The notes: generated from the letters alone by a model not told the origin. Positions 51,077 to 62,998 are shown, numbered from the whole stretch's first letter. The stretch is DNA of 62,998 bases, filler included, from Octopus bimaculoides (GCF_001194135.2; 6 parts of 5 records of this genome joined end to end with filler, not necessarily neighbours in it), one strand, 5' to 3'. Numbers and translations are program-made.

Positions 51077-51121
51077 GCATGCTCTCCGTCAAGGAAGGGA
51101 TCCATTTCTTTGGAAGCCAGT
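51077..51121 (+). CDS. Microexon (45 nt, phase 2/2): HALRQGRDPFLWKP(V)
   Basis: tctctcctgcttcttttaatccAG acceptor and GTAAGT donor. Confidence 0.65.
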
Positions 51122-51394
51122 GTAAGTATTCTGTTCCTTTTTCCATTGCCGTATTTCTCTTGAAATACTTGAATGTTTCAATTAACTTTGAAAATAATCA
51201 AGAATTTGAAGGGATTTAATAAATAAACTTTCATTAATAAGCTGTAATTTGGAGCATAACTAAACAAAATGAAATTCTTATGAAAAGCTATAAAATGATT
51301 TGCAGCAAAGGTGTTGGTGCCACAAAACAAGGCAGCATGTGATTGACATTGTTAGTGATCTTCATCCATGATGGATTTCAACTGAATATATTCA

Positions 51395-51690
51395 GTATAC
51401 TTCTATAATAGCTCTGACACAACCAAAGCCTTGTGAATGGATTTCATAGAGAGAAACGGAAAGACGCCTATCATACATGTTTTCATGTATGTTTGTGTGT
51501 GTGTCTTGACATAAATGTTAGTTGTAGCATCACTATGATACAAATGATGCTGTTCATTCCAGTCTTCTGAGAAAACATGCCCAGTTATTGGGATAAAAAC
51601 ATCTTAGTTGGAAACTGGTGAGTGTTGGGAAGAGGAACCAGAAATTTGCTTCCTCAAATTCCATCTGATCCAAGGAATGTTGATGATGAT
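51395..51690 (+). mobile_element. Decayed SINE with family A-like core and a (GAT)n-ending tail
   Basis: ACCAAAGCCTTGTGAATGGATTT core; GGAAACTGGTGAGTGTTGG...GATGATGATG tail, with a related fragment at ~53690-53800. Confidence 0.6.
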
Positions 51691-52880
51691 GATGACTATA
51701 TACAAAGGAGTTCTTTGTATATTAACTTTGATCAAGTATTAGAATCATTAAACAAAATATCTTGGTTTTTATTTTTGCTCTTTATATTCTCAATGCAAAT
51801 CTCACTGAAGTTAAATTTGCCTTTCATCTTTCTGAGATTGTTAAAATAAAGTATCAGAGGTCAATATATTCAATTATTCCCTTTGCATCCCCACCCCCAT
51901 ACAGCAGACCCTAAAATGATGCCCCATAAACGCATCAGCCAGAGTGAACTACCTTTATTGTCTCCAATCCCAGTAACACTACTGCGAAATTTATAAAGAT
52001 GGCTGTTATATTAAAGAAATTGAGTTGCTATAGAAGCAGCCAAATGGATATCATTCTAGTAACTCATGGGTCTTGAGTTTGAACCTGTTATATCCCTGGG
52101 AAGGACATTTGATTATGAATTATTCTGAATCTTTTGCCAAATATAAATTCTCTTAATTACTGCTACAAAGTTAAACCTGGTGTTTTCAGTCTCTGGTTCT
52201 CCCTAGTACTGTCTTAAGGCTTTGGTACCCTGGAGAAGGATAAGCATAGTTCTAAGACTCCAATACTAATCTGTGCCTGCTGTGGGTTGCTGCCATCAAT
52301 TAATATGATAGGCTTCAGTACATTGCCTGCAAAACTAGAAAACTGTTTTGACACTCATTACCTGCTTAATGACATTAACATAAGGAATTAATTATCTTCT
52401 ATTAGGTAGACCTAAAATAATGTCATAAATTCTGTGCCTCTTCACACTTGTACTTAAGGCAAATGACCACTAAATTCCCTCAGTCGATTGATTGCTAATT
52501 TATTTTAACCCTGGAAAGCAGAAAGGCAAAGACAATCTTGGCAGGATTTGAACATAAAGAGCCAAATACTGACCGTGGCCTTGGTCAGAAGGAGCTGAGG
52601 ATGTCAAACAATGTTGAATGTTCATTGGGTATTTTGATCCTGACCCTTAATACTCTGTTTTCCAGTTGAGCTCCTTTCTCTTGTTCCATAACCAACAAGC
52701 ATCTCTTTCTTCTGCTTCCCCTTATTATAGCATAAGAAAAAATGTCCTAAACCTATTTGTAAAATCCTAAAAGCACACACAAAAGACATCTTGATTTTGG
52801 GGGTCTTAATTATAGTAAACCACTTCTGATACCAGGTACAGGAGCAGATCATCTATTATGATCCAATATATTAGTCTTTC

Positions 52881-53060
52881 GTGGGAGGGAACTAGTCAAT
52901 CACATCAGTCCCAGTGTTTCACTGGTACTTATTTTATCAACCCCGAAAGGATGAAAGGCAAAGCCAACCTTGGCAGAATTTGAACTCAGAACAGACAGAC
53001 AGATGAAATGCTGCTAAGCATTTTGCCTGGCATGTTAACGATTCTGCCAGCTTGTCACTT
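52881..53060 (-). mobile_element. SINE family B, CpG-decayed copy
   Basis: Near full-length match in which most consensus CG sites read TG or CA. Confidence 0.85.
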
Positions 53061-53219
53061 TTATAAATAATAATAATAATAATGTGTTTTTTCTTATTAA
53101 GAACAGAGAAAATCTTTGCAGCTTAATATCATACATTATATGATGAATGTTTAACTTGATTTTGGTGGGAAAAATACATTGTGTTATATGAGGTGAATTC
53201 ATTTTTATCTCTTTTTCAG

Positions 53220-53268
53220 TCCAAACAATATGTACTTCGATGATGTTCCAATGAATACTCCATACTGA
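53220..53268 (+). CDS. Terminal coding exon: PNNMYFDDVPMNTPY*
   Basis: catttttatctctttttcAG acceptor; phase-compatible; TGA at 53266-53268; AATAAA at 53301. Confidence 0.6.
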
Positions 53269-53300
53269 CATGACCAAAGCAGGTTCCCTAATGTTTATTT

Positions 53301-53306
53301 AATAAA
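53301..53306 (+). promoter_or_regulatory. Candidate polyadenylation signal AATAAA
   Basis: 33 nt after the predicted stop codon; the hexamer is common in AT-rich DNA. Confidence 0.3.
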
Positions 53307-54533
53307 TATCTAAAGAAGCAATCCTCTGCTCAAATATCAATACTCTATAGTAGCTGGAAAGTTATGGAACCAGAAACGTAATCCAAACTATTGACATAGA
53401 AATACTAAAGAAAGCCTTTTTGACCTGTTCTAAAATTAGACAATAAAACACATTTTAACAGAAATCCTCACTTCAAATAATTTCTTTCTTCTGTGTAAAC
53501 AACACTTAAGTGACAAGTTAGCAGTCACGATATCACAAATGCATTCACACACATTCATTCATGTTTGTATTTAGATATTCACACAAAGATATGCATTGAT
53601 ATACACAAATATGTTCAAACACACATCAATGTAGATAGAGACAGAAAGAAGTATATTGTGTGTTATCATGACTTCACATGATGGTAGTAAATTAGCATCA
53701 CCATCATACAAGTTGTACTGTTGTTTCCAATTTTATATGAAAACATTTCCAGCCATAGAGAAATATTTCCTTGTTTGGAAACGGGCGAGGGTTGGTGACG
53801 TTTCCAGTTAATTTGGGGTAACCCTTTGTATATTTCACATTAGATTCTTTGAAGCTTGTGACACTGAGTTAACTGGTTCGTTACTATATTTCTAATGTAT
53901 AAATTACTTATGTTTTAATAAATTTTCAACATGATCAAGGTTTATGAAGGAATTAGTAAAATATCTCTAACTATTATATTACAGCTTATGTTAATCAAAT
54001 GAAATCATTATTCTATTGAGAGCTTAAGATTTTAATTTAAAGAGAAATATTTTTTGTAGTTTCATACAAAAAGGGTTTAACAGTAGAGAAAAAAATGGAC
54101 ATTGGTATTGACTTTCAGTGAAATGCATTGAACCAAGAAAGAATACAATTAAAATGCACGAAGTGAAAACATCTTTCACACAAGTTTAGCAACAAAATAA
54201 AGATGTAGAATTTTATTTTCCTTCAATAATTGCCAACAGAAATGAAACAGACATGAATATGCTGGGGAGAAGAAAAAAAACAGGAAGAGGATAAAAAAAA
54301 AAAAAGACCCACATATAAAATATATACCCTGAATTATCTGGGTGTATAAGACGAGTACATATATATATTTCTACACACACATGTATACATCACTAGGCTT
54401 AGTATATATAGTATATTATATGTGTCTGTATGCATATATACACATTTGAATCAATGTACATATATCTAAATGGGGGTTAGTTATATACCATTTAAAAGTA
54501 TATATATATATATAGCTATATATATATATATAG

Positions 54534-54570
<37 letters not shown>

Positions 54571-54614
54571 NNNNNNNNNNNNNNNNNNNNNNNNNNNNNN
54601 NNNNNNNNNNNNNN

Positions 54615-54626
54615 TTAATTAATTAA
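54615..54626. other. Artificial scaffold-join spacer TTAATTAATTAA
   Basis: N-flanked 12-mer. Confidence 0.9.
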
Positions 54627-55929
54627 NNNNNNNNNNNNNNNNNNNNNNNNNNNNNNNNNNNNNNNNNNNNATATATATATATATATTTCCCATATTCGTA
54701 TTCTCTGCATTTTTCTACGTTGATAACAAAAAAAAAAAATGAAAGAGTTACAAATTAAGAAATAGCGATGGGGATAGTGGGAAATAAAAATTTGAAAACG
54801 TGATTTCTGGGCAAAATCGTATTAACCCCCTTTTATACGATGAAACAATAGATAGTTTCTGATCCTTCTTAAGTACAGAAAGCACTTTCATGCAAACCTT
54901 CACTATTAAATAAAAATAACTTCCATTATTCTATTAACTATATATCAGCTGTGTCAATTCTGCCCATTAAGAAAGGAGCAAATGATATAATGTGCTTGTA
55001 GGTCATAACACCCGGGCAACACCAGGATGCATTGCTAGTATTCATATATTTTCTTATTTTGACATTATTCAGTAAAATGATACAGTAATGAAATCGGTGT
55101 TTGTCATAAAGAAATGGAGGGAACTGATGTGGTGATGTTGAAGATAAATTAACAGAAGGAAAATAATACCGAGAAACTTGATTTCGAATACATGACCAGT
55201 TCTTTGGATTTTAAGGAGAGATATAATTATGTCGAATCCAATACATGACTGGTGGTTTAGTTTTATTTCATCGCATCCATAAGGATGAGAGACAATGATA
55301 ACCTCAGCTGGATAAGAAATTAGAAGTTTAAGAGCCACAACAAAATACTGCAAGGTCACGTGTCTGATTCGTTCAATCTCCCACCTTTGTAATATATGTA
55401 GGAGGAGATCGTAAGCACTAGAATCCTATTTATAATTAAGCGAGTAATTACGTTTATGCTAAAGATCAATGACATTTCACACGGTATTCTATAATAATTA
55501 CGTGTGATATTATAGTGTGATAACTCTTTCCGTAGAACATATGCTTATTGGTTTCATAAATATATTCTGATGTGGTATTACCACATACCGAGATGATATT
55601 GCTACGGTTCAAAAGCCCGGTACACTTATCTAATCACATCGAATGCTCTATATATACATATGTGAGTGTGCGCATGTGCGTGTACGTGTCCGTGTTTGTG
55701 TGTGGATGTGTTTATGTGTTTGTGTGTTTGTGTGTCTATAAAAGAAGTCTGTAGTAAATATAAACATTCACCTAGAGACAGATTGTCTAGTGTCTATAGG
55801 AAGGGCTTTAAAATAGTCACTGAACTAGGAAAAGAATGTAGAACCGAGACATATGCCTTCCAACCCCAAAATAGATTTAAATTAAAAAGAGCACAAGATT
55901 TATTTTGATAGTAACCCTACTCCTTGACT

Positions 55930-58250
55930 AATTAGGGTTAGGGTTCCTGCTTCAAGGCGGATATATGTAGGTATAGTAAATACGTTTTTGATAGAATACT
56001 ACCGAACCTTAGATCTAAGATTAAACTCACACTATGGTCAGACATACTGGAGATTATTAGATGATTCAAATTATTAGAGTACTATTAATTCAGTGATGGA
56101 TAAATCTACTATTAACCCATCACTAATTAATAAGGTTCTAAGTTGAGCTATGATTTATCTATACCAGACACCGATATAATACCAGCCACCGATAGCACTT
56201 TGATAGATTTCGATAACAGACTTTGGACAAAATATGATAGGGTTCACTGTTTGGACATAGCAACGGGATCAAACAACTCAGCACAAATCACTGCTCTCGT
56301 AGGAATATATAACGTATTCCAGATGAAAACGTAGTTTCCAAAGCTGGGAACGGTGGTCTATACAGGGACGATGCTCTCTTCATATTAGATGGATGTAGTA
56401 AAGTAGAAATGGAGAGATATAAGGAATGACAATTTAAATTCTTCAAAAATTTCAGGGCATCTTTTACTTAGGAAAATAATTGTTGTAAGATAATTTTCCT
56501 TCATGTAATATTCAGTGTGGATACCAGATTATTTGAACCATACCATAAACAGAACAAAAATGTAAGGTATGTTAGTAAAACATATAACCACCCACTCTCT
56601 ATCATAAAGGGAATTATAAACAATTTATGCAATGTAATATATCAACTTTCGGTAAATGAAATGATACTTAGCTTGCAAGCACATTATGTTATAACAATGT
56701 AGCATTAGGTAGCACAGATTATATTGAGAAAACCAAATACATACCGAAAAATAATCTTATCAATGTATATAGCCACAATTGTGGCACACCGTCGGTTACG
56801 ACGACAAGGGTTCCAGTTTATCCGATCGATGGAAGAGCCTACTCGTGAAATTAACGGGAAAATGGCTGAGCAATCCACAGATACGTGTACCCTTAACGTA
56901 GTTCTCGGGGCGATTCAGCGTGACACAGAGTGTGACAAGGCTGGCCCTTTGAAATACAGGTACAACAGAAACAGGAAAAAAAGAGTGAGAGAAATTCGTG
57001 TTGAAAGAGTACAGCATTGTTCGCCACCACCCCCTGCCGGAGCCTCGTGGAGCTTTAGGTATTTTCGCTCAATAAACACTCCCAACGCCCGTTCTGGGAA
57101 TCGAGGCCCCGATCCTATGACCGCGAGTCCGCTGCCCTAAATACTGTGCCATTGCACCCCACACAACGATAGTAGTAGGACTAACATATACTTTAGTACA
57201 AAAAATTATACATACGAAAGAGATGGGCGTGGTCGTCTCAACTCAAGAAAGAGAAAAAAGAGCACAATAAGTAAAACTAAATGGAAAATAGGGCTAATCT
57301 AAATATTAATTATAAGCCTAACTCTAATTTCTTACATAGTGACTCTATTACAGATGATACTATTCATAATAGCCCGAACAACAAGTATACAAAATACAAC
57401 GTTTCGTGGTATAATCCAATTTTTGGATTACATGTATCATCTAATACTGCTAGGGACTTCTTTGCTGCATTAGATAGGCACTTTCTTAGATCTATATGAA
57501 TACCAAAATATTTTTAACAGACATATCGTGTAATAATTATCGTACGCAATATATAATAACTTAGAATGCCACATTTATAAACTCAATAATAGGAAGATAA
57601 ACAAGGAGACCGTTATCACCATTAGTTGGGGTAAAGAAAATAAGGATTGCAATAGTAAAGGAGAAAATAATCAAGTCCGTCCAAATAATTCTGATAAAAG
57701 TAATAATACAGACGGTGACAAAAATAATATGAGTAATTTTCAAAATACTGAAAATCTCACTAATAGCAGTATTCGAAACAGCAACAAGGGTACTAATGAA
57801 GAACATATAAAGAGCCCTAATGATAACCATAAGCTAAATGTTATGGCTGGTCATAGACTGACTATTGCTTTCGCAACCATAATCTGCCTAGCAGTATAGT
57901 TGACATGTTAGATTCAAATGGCCGAAGGCGAATAACCTCTGTACAGCAGAAGGAAGAAATATGTAACGGTCAGTTAGTTTTGTAAACAAAAAATATGTGT
58001 CCATAAAGGGGTGCTGCAGGTGGGGAATAGTGGGGGGTTATACCCCTTACAGCGGTTCGGCTGAATTGGGAATACCAACTTTGTAGTAGTAAACATTGTA
58101 GATGAGGGCATTCGGAATTCCCCATTCGTTGAATAGGCCTGCCGCAGCTCCTTCGAATACCACCACGGTGGGAGCTGATATAAGGGGGATAACTCCATCC
58201 TGTCTATAGCACCCCTACCCAGGCAAATATTTTTTTTTGTTTATAAAACT
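55930..58250 (+). mobile_element. Penelope-like element, decayed RT (and possibly GIY-YIG) with a nested SINE
   Basis: KYVFDRILPNLRSKIKLTLW; CLDIATGSNNSAQITALVG; GLYRDDAL; FEPYHKQN...YNHPLSIIK; after the SINE, VSWYNPIFG...FFAALDRHF. These match the PLE RT/thumb motifs FDVTMGS, GLYRDD and WFNPP. Confidence 0.8.
56783..57160 (-). mobile_element. SINE family C, full length, inserted in the Penelope-like element
   Basis: The rc head GGGGTGCAATGGCACAGTATTTAGGGCAGCGGACTCGCGGTCATAGGATCGGGGCCTCGATTCCC is tRNA-like (A/B boxes); colinear with 29005-29321. Confidence 0.85.
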
Positions 58251-59961
58251 AAGTAACCGTGATGTATTCCTGTAATTGTAATAATTTTATGCACATTCAG
58301 TCATTTGTGTGAAATGGGTGACCTATNNNNNNNNNNNNNNNNNNNNNNNNNNNNNNNNNNNNNNNNNNNNNNNNNNNNNNNNNNNNNNNNNNNNNNNNNN
58401 NNNNNNNNNNNNNNNNNNNNNNNNNNNNNNNNNNNNNNNNNNNNNNNNNNNNNNNNNNNNNNNNNNNNNNNNNNNNNNNNNNNNNNNNNNNNNNNNNNNN
58501 NNNNNNNNNNNNNNNNNNNNNNNNNNNNNNNNNNNNNNNNNNNNNNNNNNNNNNNNNNNNNNNNNNNNNNNNNNNNNNNNNNACAGTTACTAAAATTGAT
58601 TGTGACGAATTTAATGTCTTTAAAATACCAAGTTCGTGATCTACTTGAAGATTGTTGCGTTCAAAGTTCAGATAATTCTGGCTATCACTCTCAACTAATC
58701 CACGTGCACCCCAAACTACCGAATAGGCCGTGCATCACCAGTAAATTCCCTCGAGCCAGTTGAAATATTCTGATATGAATGATAGACCGCTTTCATGATA
58801 AATTTGGCTTCAGTTTAGAAAAAACTTCACGAAAGATGATTATGTTGATGAATGTGATGAGAGCCAAAACTATTCCAGCGTTAAAATTTGTATTGCTATT
58901 TCATAATTTGTCGTCTGAGGCCACTAAAAACCCAATTCATTGCCATTGAGGAAAACAAAAATCATTTATTTTATATTAACTAAAGTGAAAATAATGGTTT
59001 GAAGCCTGCAGTATGTTGCTGGATAAGAAAACAACCCGAACTTTAGGTGACATTCGTTTGGTTTCGAATTTCCAGATTTTAAAACGTTTAATCAAGTTTT
59101 GTATCTTTCTTGCTCGCGGAAAATTTTGCCTGCATAAGAAACGAAACCAAATCAATAGGCATAAATGCTTTGAACAGTTTCTTCAGTGACCACATGAAGG
59201 ATTGTTGTTGTACATTCCAGTGGATGGTTATAGTGTATACAGTAAATATATCAACATCCTTTGCCAGAAATGCATGCAATTTGAAGAATAAAATCATTCA
59301 AAATTTGGGCAACTATCGATTGAACTATGTTCGGGTACCATTTGGAGACGTAAGAATTAAATTTATGGTTTGCTTCCAACATTTTTCAAAAATGGCAAAG
59401 ATCATCCCCTGAGGAAGTGGTTTTTCATTCGTAATGTTTCGTAATCGATTGTTGATTATGAAAATGAACATGAGCCAAGAACGTTAAAACCTTGGCCTGA
59501 TATCTGTCACTTTTAAGTACATATGATAGTAGGACAGAGAACACCAGTAACATGAAATAGTCGACTAGCTTTAGAGCTTTTGGCGCCTTCAGTGATTTGG
59601 CTACCTGTGTCCGAAATGTTGTGTGACGAAGAAATTATTAAATGCGATGAATAAAACTCTCTGCATTACATATTGAGAAACGAATACTTTCGTTTTTGAG
59701 AAGTTGATATAGCACAGGGATTCTCTTGAATGTCTCGTATTGGGCCGAGACTCATCCTATTAGAAAATCAGTATAACTCTCACCAGAAGAAAAAGGGAGC
59801 AGCTGTTATGGGAAAATTTGTCGGATGTGAGAAGACTGACGTCTTATCGTGAACTAACTAAAAACAGGAGTTAAAAATGTAAACAAAGGTTACATCCGCG
59901 ACCGCGTCTTTATGAAAGCAATATAAAAAAAAAGTTAAAATGTATGATGTCTGTGTGAAAT

Positions 59962-60705
59962 TACTGGATTGGTCAAAAAGTTCGTGTTTTTAAGTAAAAA
60001 TAAGATACAGGTTTTAAGCACAAACCTATTATTTCAGTCAGTGATATCGTTTTGATATCATATCCTTTTGATATCATATCGTTTTGTATGAGTATATTTT
60101 GCTACCTTATTGACTGATCCGTTATTCCCCTTACATCCACTCCAGAGTTGAATGTCTGTCCATTCAATGAATTTTGAAGACGTAAAACAGAGGAAAGACT
60201 GGAGGCTGAGAGTGCCTGAAAACTTTTTAGCCAAGCCCCAGCAACTTCTTCAAAGAAGTGTTTTTGTGTGACATTTCCAAACACCCTAGTGACATTTAGT
60301 GACATTCGTAATTCTCCTTTTTTGGTAAAACATTGCAAGCTGTTGTTCATATTAATTTTATATATACACATCAGCGAATCGCTAATTCATCCAATTAACG
60401 AAAATATAAGTACAAACAGTGAAGCGTGTCCGGAAAGTGTGAAGTCGATCTGTCTTGACTAATGACGCAACGGAAATTGCCGAAACTAACTCGTCAATAT
60501 TAAGAATTCTTGATCTGCACTCTTCAGACGATTATGGTCCCTGTTAATGTATATATTTTCATTTATGTACTTTAACTACAGCAGTAAAGCAGTTTAGCTC
60601 TTATTTCTAGCAATGTACGTGTTTCCTAACACCTTAGTCGCATTTAGTGACATCTGTAATTCTGCCTTTTGGTGAAACATTGCAAATTGCTATTCATATA
60701 ATTTT
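59962..60705 (-). mobile_element. Possible decayed mariner-like remnants
   Basis: TA+CTGGATTGGTCAAAAAGTTCG TIR-like motif at 59962; two related ~70-bp segments (60288-60358, 60635-60705) with weak similarity to a mariner N-terminal HTH. Confidence 0.3.
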
Positions 60706-62101
60706 CTATACCGACGAAGGGTTATGTAGGTGACGAGAAAAACTCGAAGGGATAAATAAGCGAACGGGAATCTGTAACAGAAGAAAATGAAAGTTTGAAC
60801 ATGAAAAATATATGCGAAAGCGTGTAAATGCGACTGTTTATTTATATATGAATGTAAATGTATGTGTATGCACGAGAGAGTGTATGTGAACAACAGACTG
60901 ACAAATCTTTTTCGCTAATTACATAGTAGTGACGGGTATAGCTTATATTACGAAGACAGTATTTTCATGTAGACATTGAAATAATAAACATGAATAAAAA
61001 TGGAGACTAACATCCAATAAACAATTCATAACTGACAATTTTTCTGATGACTATTGGCATAACAGAAAGACCGTCAGTATAATTTATCTCAAGTACTCAT
61101 TATTTGAGTGGTGTAAATTTCATCGATGCCAGAATGTTGAGAACCAAAGTACTCGCAATAATAATATAGGCAAAAGGCCAGAAATTTCACAAAATCCACT
61201 GCTCTAGAATTTAGTTTAGCGAACCCAGAAGGATCGACAGCAGAATCTCTAGCATCTCAGGAGCTCTAGCTGAACAGGAATATTTAACTCCTGTGTGTGC
61301 AAGACTAGAGAAATAACTTTTATCTATTTATAACCATTAAATACTGTAACTTTTCGAAATTATTGAGTTCGATTTTCATAATTAGCTCTCTCACTAGCTA
61401 CGTAGGGAAATATTTCTTAATGGTAGCCGAGTGGTAGATATTCCAAAATTTTCATTAAGATGTTCATTATATAACCATTACAAACTCTTTTTATCAATGT
61501 ATACGTTTAATTGGAAATGATAATAACCGTACCCACACGTACACACTTACTCTCTCGCACACAAAAACACTCACACATATACTTGAAATAGCTACACAGA
61601 GCACTAAAGTCATGAATTGACGGAAAGCTGGAATCCAAGCTAAAGCATATTCCCATGGTGAAATAAACAGGCATATCCTTATCACGTGATTTCGAACTCT
61701 GATCATTATAATCTTAGTTCTCATCCAAGGAACTCACTGGTATGCCAGGTTAAAAAGGTTAACTCACCTCATAAAATTCATGAGAAAAACCGTTGAAAGC
61801 CAGCGAGAAATTGAAAATGGCCAAAGTGTATAATATAAATACAAGATATTACAATATATTAATATATCAAAAAGATATACTACACAGGCATGCCATCGCA
61901 TATTGTTGTTATNNNNNNNNNNNNNNNNNNNNNNNNNNNNNNNNNNNNNNNNNNNNNNNNNNNNNNNNNNNNNNNNNNNNNNNNNNNNNNNNNNNNNNNN
62001 NNNNNNNNNNNNNNNNNNATATTTATAAATCTTCAATGTATCATATATCCGAAAATGAAGCACACTCTAAAGCAGTTAAGTATTTATAAGTATTAATGTC
62101 A

Positions 62102-62228
62102 ATGTCCGGTTATAGAGTGACCAATGGTTTCACCTGGCGAACATCTCGTCAGACTCTAAAAGCGAAGACGTTCATGGGCTTAAGCCCTTTGTACATGCGT
62201 AACCATTGGTCACTCTGTGACCGGATAT
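62102..62228. repeat. 28-bp inverted repeat (3 mismatches) enclosing a hammerhead motif
   Basis: ATGTCCGGTTATAGAGTGACCAATGGTT / AACCATTGGTCACTCTGTGACCGGATAT. Confidence 0.85.
62113..62158 (-). ncRNA. Type I hammerhead ribozyme motif (weak stem II)
   Basis: UAGAGU CUGACGA gauguucgccaggu GAAA CC(AUU)GG UC ACUCUA: perfect 6-bp stem I, intact core and GUC site; stem II pairs poorly. Confidence 0.65.
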
Positions 62229-62699
62229 AGAATTTACTACTTAAATGCAAACCAAGGTGCGGAAAAATAGTACTCGAAAACCGGAGGTAAAGCAATATGG
62301 TTTATTATTAAAGCTTCAAAAATATCGCAAAACTATCATTAAAAAAGGGTACTCAGAGTTTCACGTTCCTTTCATCGGGCAGCTTTTTGTGATACTTTTG
62401 GGATGTTTTTGGAACTTTAATAATAAAGAATTTACTACAGAGTGATACAGGAAATACACAGAAAGAATGGACCTGTATGCATTTCTTCACTTATTATAGG
62501 TTTACAGCTGTTTCAGTTATACATTTTGGTGTGTTCGTGGTTCAATTTTATCAGCTAATTGTTTGATCAAGTAAAAATATAAGGAACGATCATCAGAAGG
62601 ATAATTTTGTTCTGAGCATCCTTTTAATGCTCCTCACGTACTCCTTAGGAACGTTCTTTCTCTTTCATTATTATTATCGTTGTTGTTAAGCTGGCGAAA

Positions 62700-62882
62700 G
62701 AGAGTGGGGTTGCAGAATCGTTATACGGTTCCGTCTTTACGTTCTGAGTTCAAATTCCGCCAAAATTGATTTGCCTTCATGTTTCGAGGTCGATAAATTA
62801 AGTACCAGTGAAATACTATAGTCGATTTAATCAACTAGTCACTTTACACCAAATTTCAGGCCTTGTGCCATTAGTAGAAGTG
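62700..62882 (+). mobile_element. SINE family B followed by a (TAT)n tail to the window end
   Basis: GCAGAATCGTTA...GTTCTGAGTTCAAATTCCGCC...GGCCTTGTGCCATTAGTAGAA. Confidence 0.8.
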
Positions 62883-62908
62883 AGTATTATTATTATTATT
62901 ATTATTAA

Positions 62909-62986
<78 letters not shown>

Positions 62987-62998
62987 GATTATTATTAT

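Noticed and set aside
58800-59450. pogo/Tigger DDE transposase remnant
   Set aside because: Weak motif hints appear on both strands (VVFLSSN; PVDGYS) and are mutually inconsistent; cannot be supported without a profile search.
61045-61080. CTGATGA...GAAAGACCGTC hammerhead-like string
   Set aside because: Stem II and stem III pairs fail; likely chance.
6255-62882. tRNA genes
   Set aside because: All tRNA-like A/B-box sequences are SINE heads without a complete cloverleaf.
1-62998. Most listed ORFs (YIYI, CVCV, THTH, LSIY, poly-X)
   Set aside because: They are translations of microsatellites or N-runs, or antisense frames of transposon remnants; no coding signal.
1-62998. CRISPR array or prokaryotic defence system
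   Set aside because: The sequence is eukaryotic; no repeat-spacer array or operon-like ORF cluster is present.

Overview
AT-rich, microsatellite- and gap-rich animal genomic DNA. The SINE families and repeat style suggest a cephalopod, probably Octopus (inferred from recall, not from a database search). Almost all ORFs in the supplied track are artefacts of simple repeats or N-runs. Most of the window is decayed mobile DNA: several tRNA-derived SINE families, RTE and R4/Dong LINE fragments, a Gypsy gag-pro remnant, a piggyBac 5' remnant, a Penelope-like RT remnant and palindromic MITE-like elements. Three things stand out. (1) A type I hammerhead ribozyme with a complete catalytic core lies on the minus strand at 14775-14855, inside a 522-bp direct-repeat unit capped by an inverted partial copy, which is a retrozyme/Penelope-like architecture. 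A second hammerhead lies at 62113-62158 and several decayed cores occur elsewhere. (2) The 3' end of an unidentified plus-strand gene is built from three tiny frame-preserving exons plus a terminal exon (45450-53268). It is invisible to the ORF track and sits inside a sharply CpG-depleted domain. (3) An 851-bp foldback element has perfect 26-bp TIRs and a centre of inverted telomere-like TTAGGG/CCCTAA arrays. Five TTAATTAATTAA spacers flanked by Ns are artificial scaffold joins, so long-range adjacency across them is uncertain.
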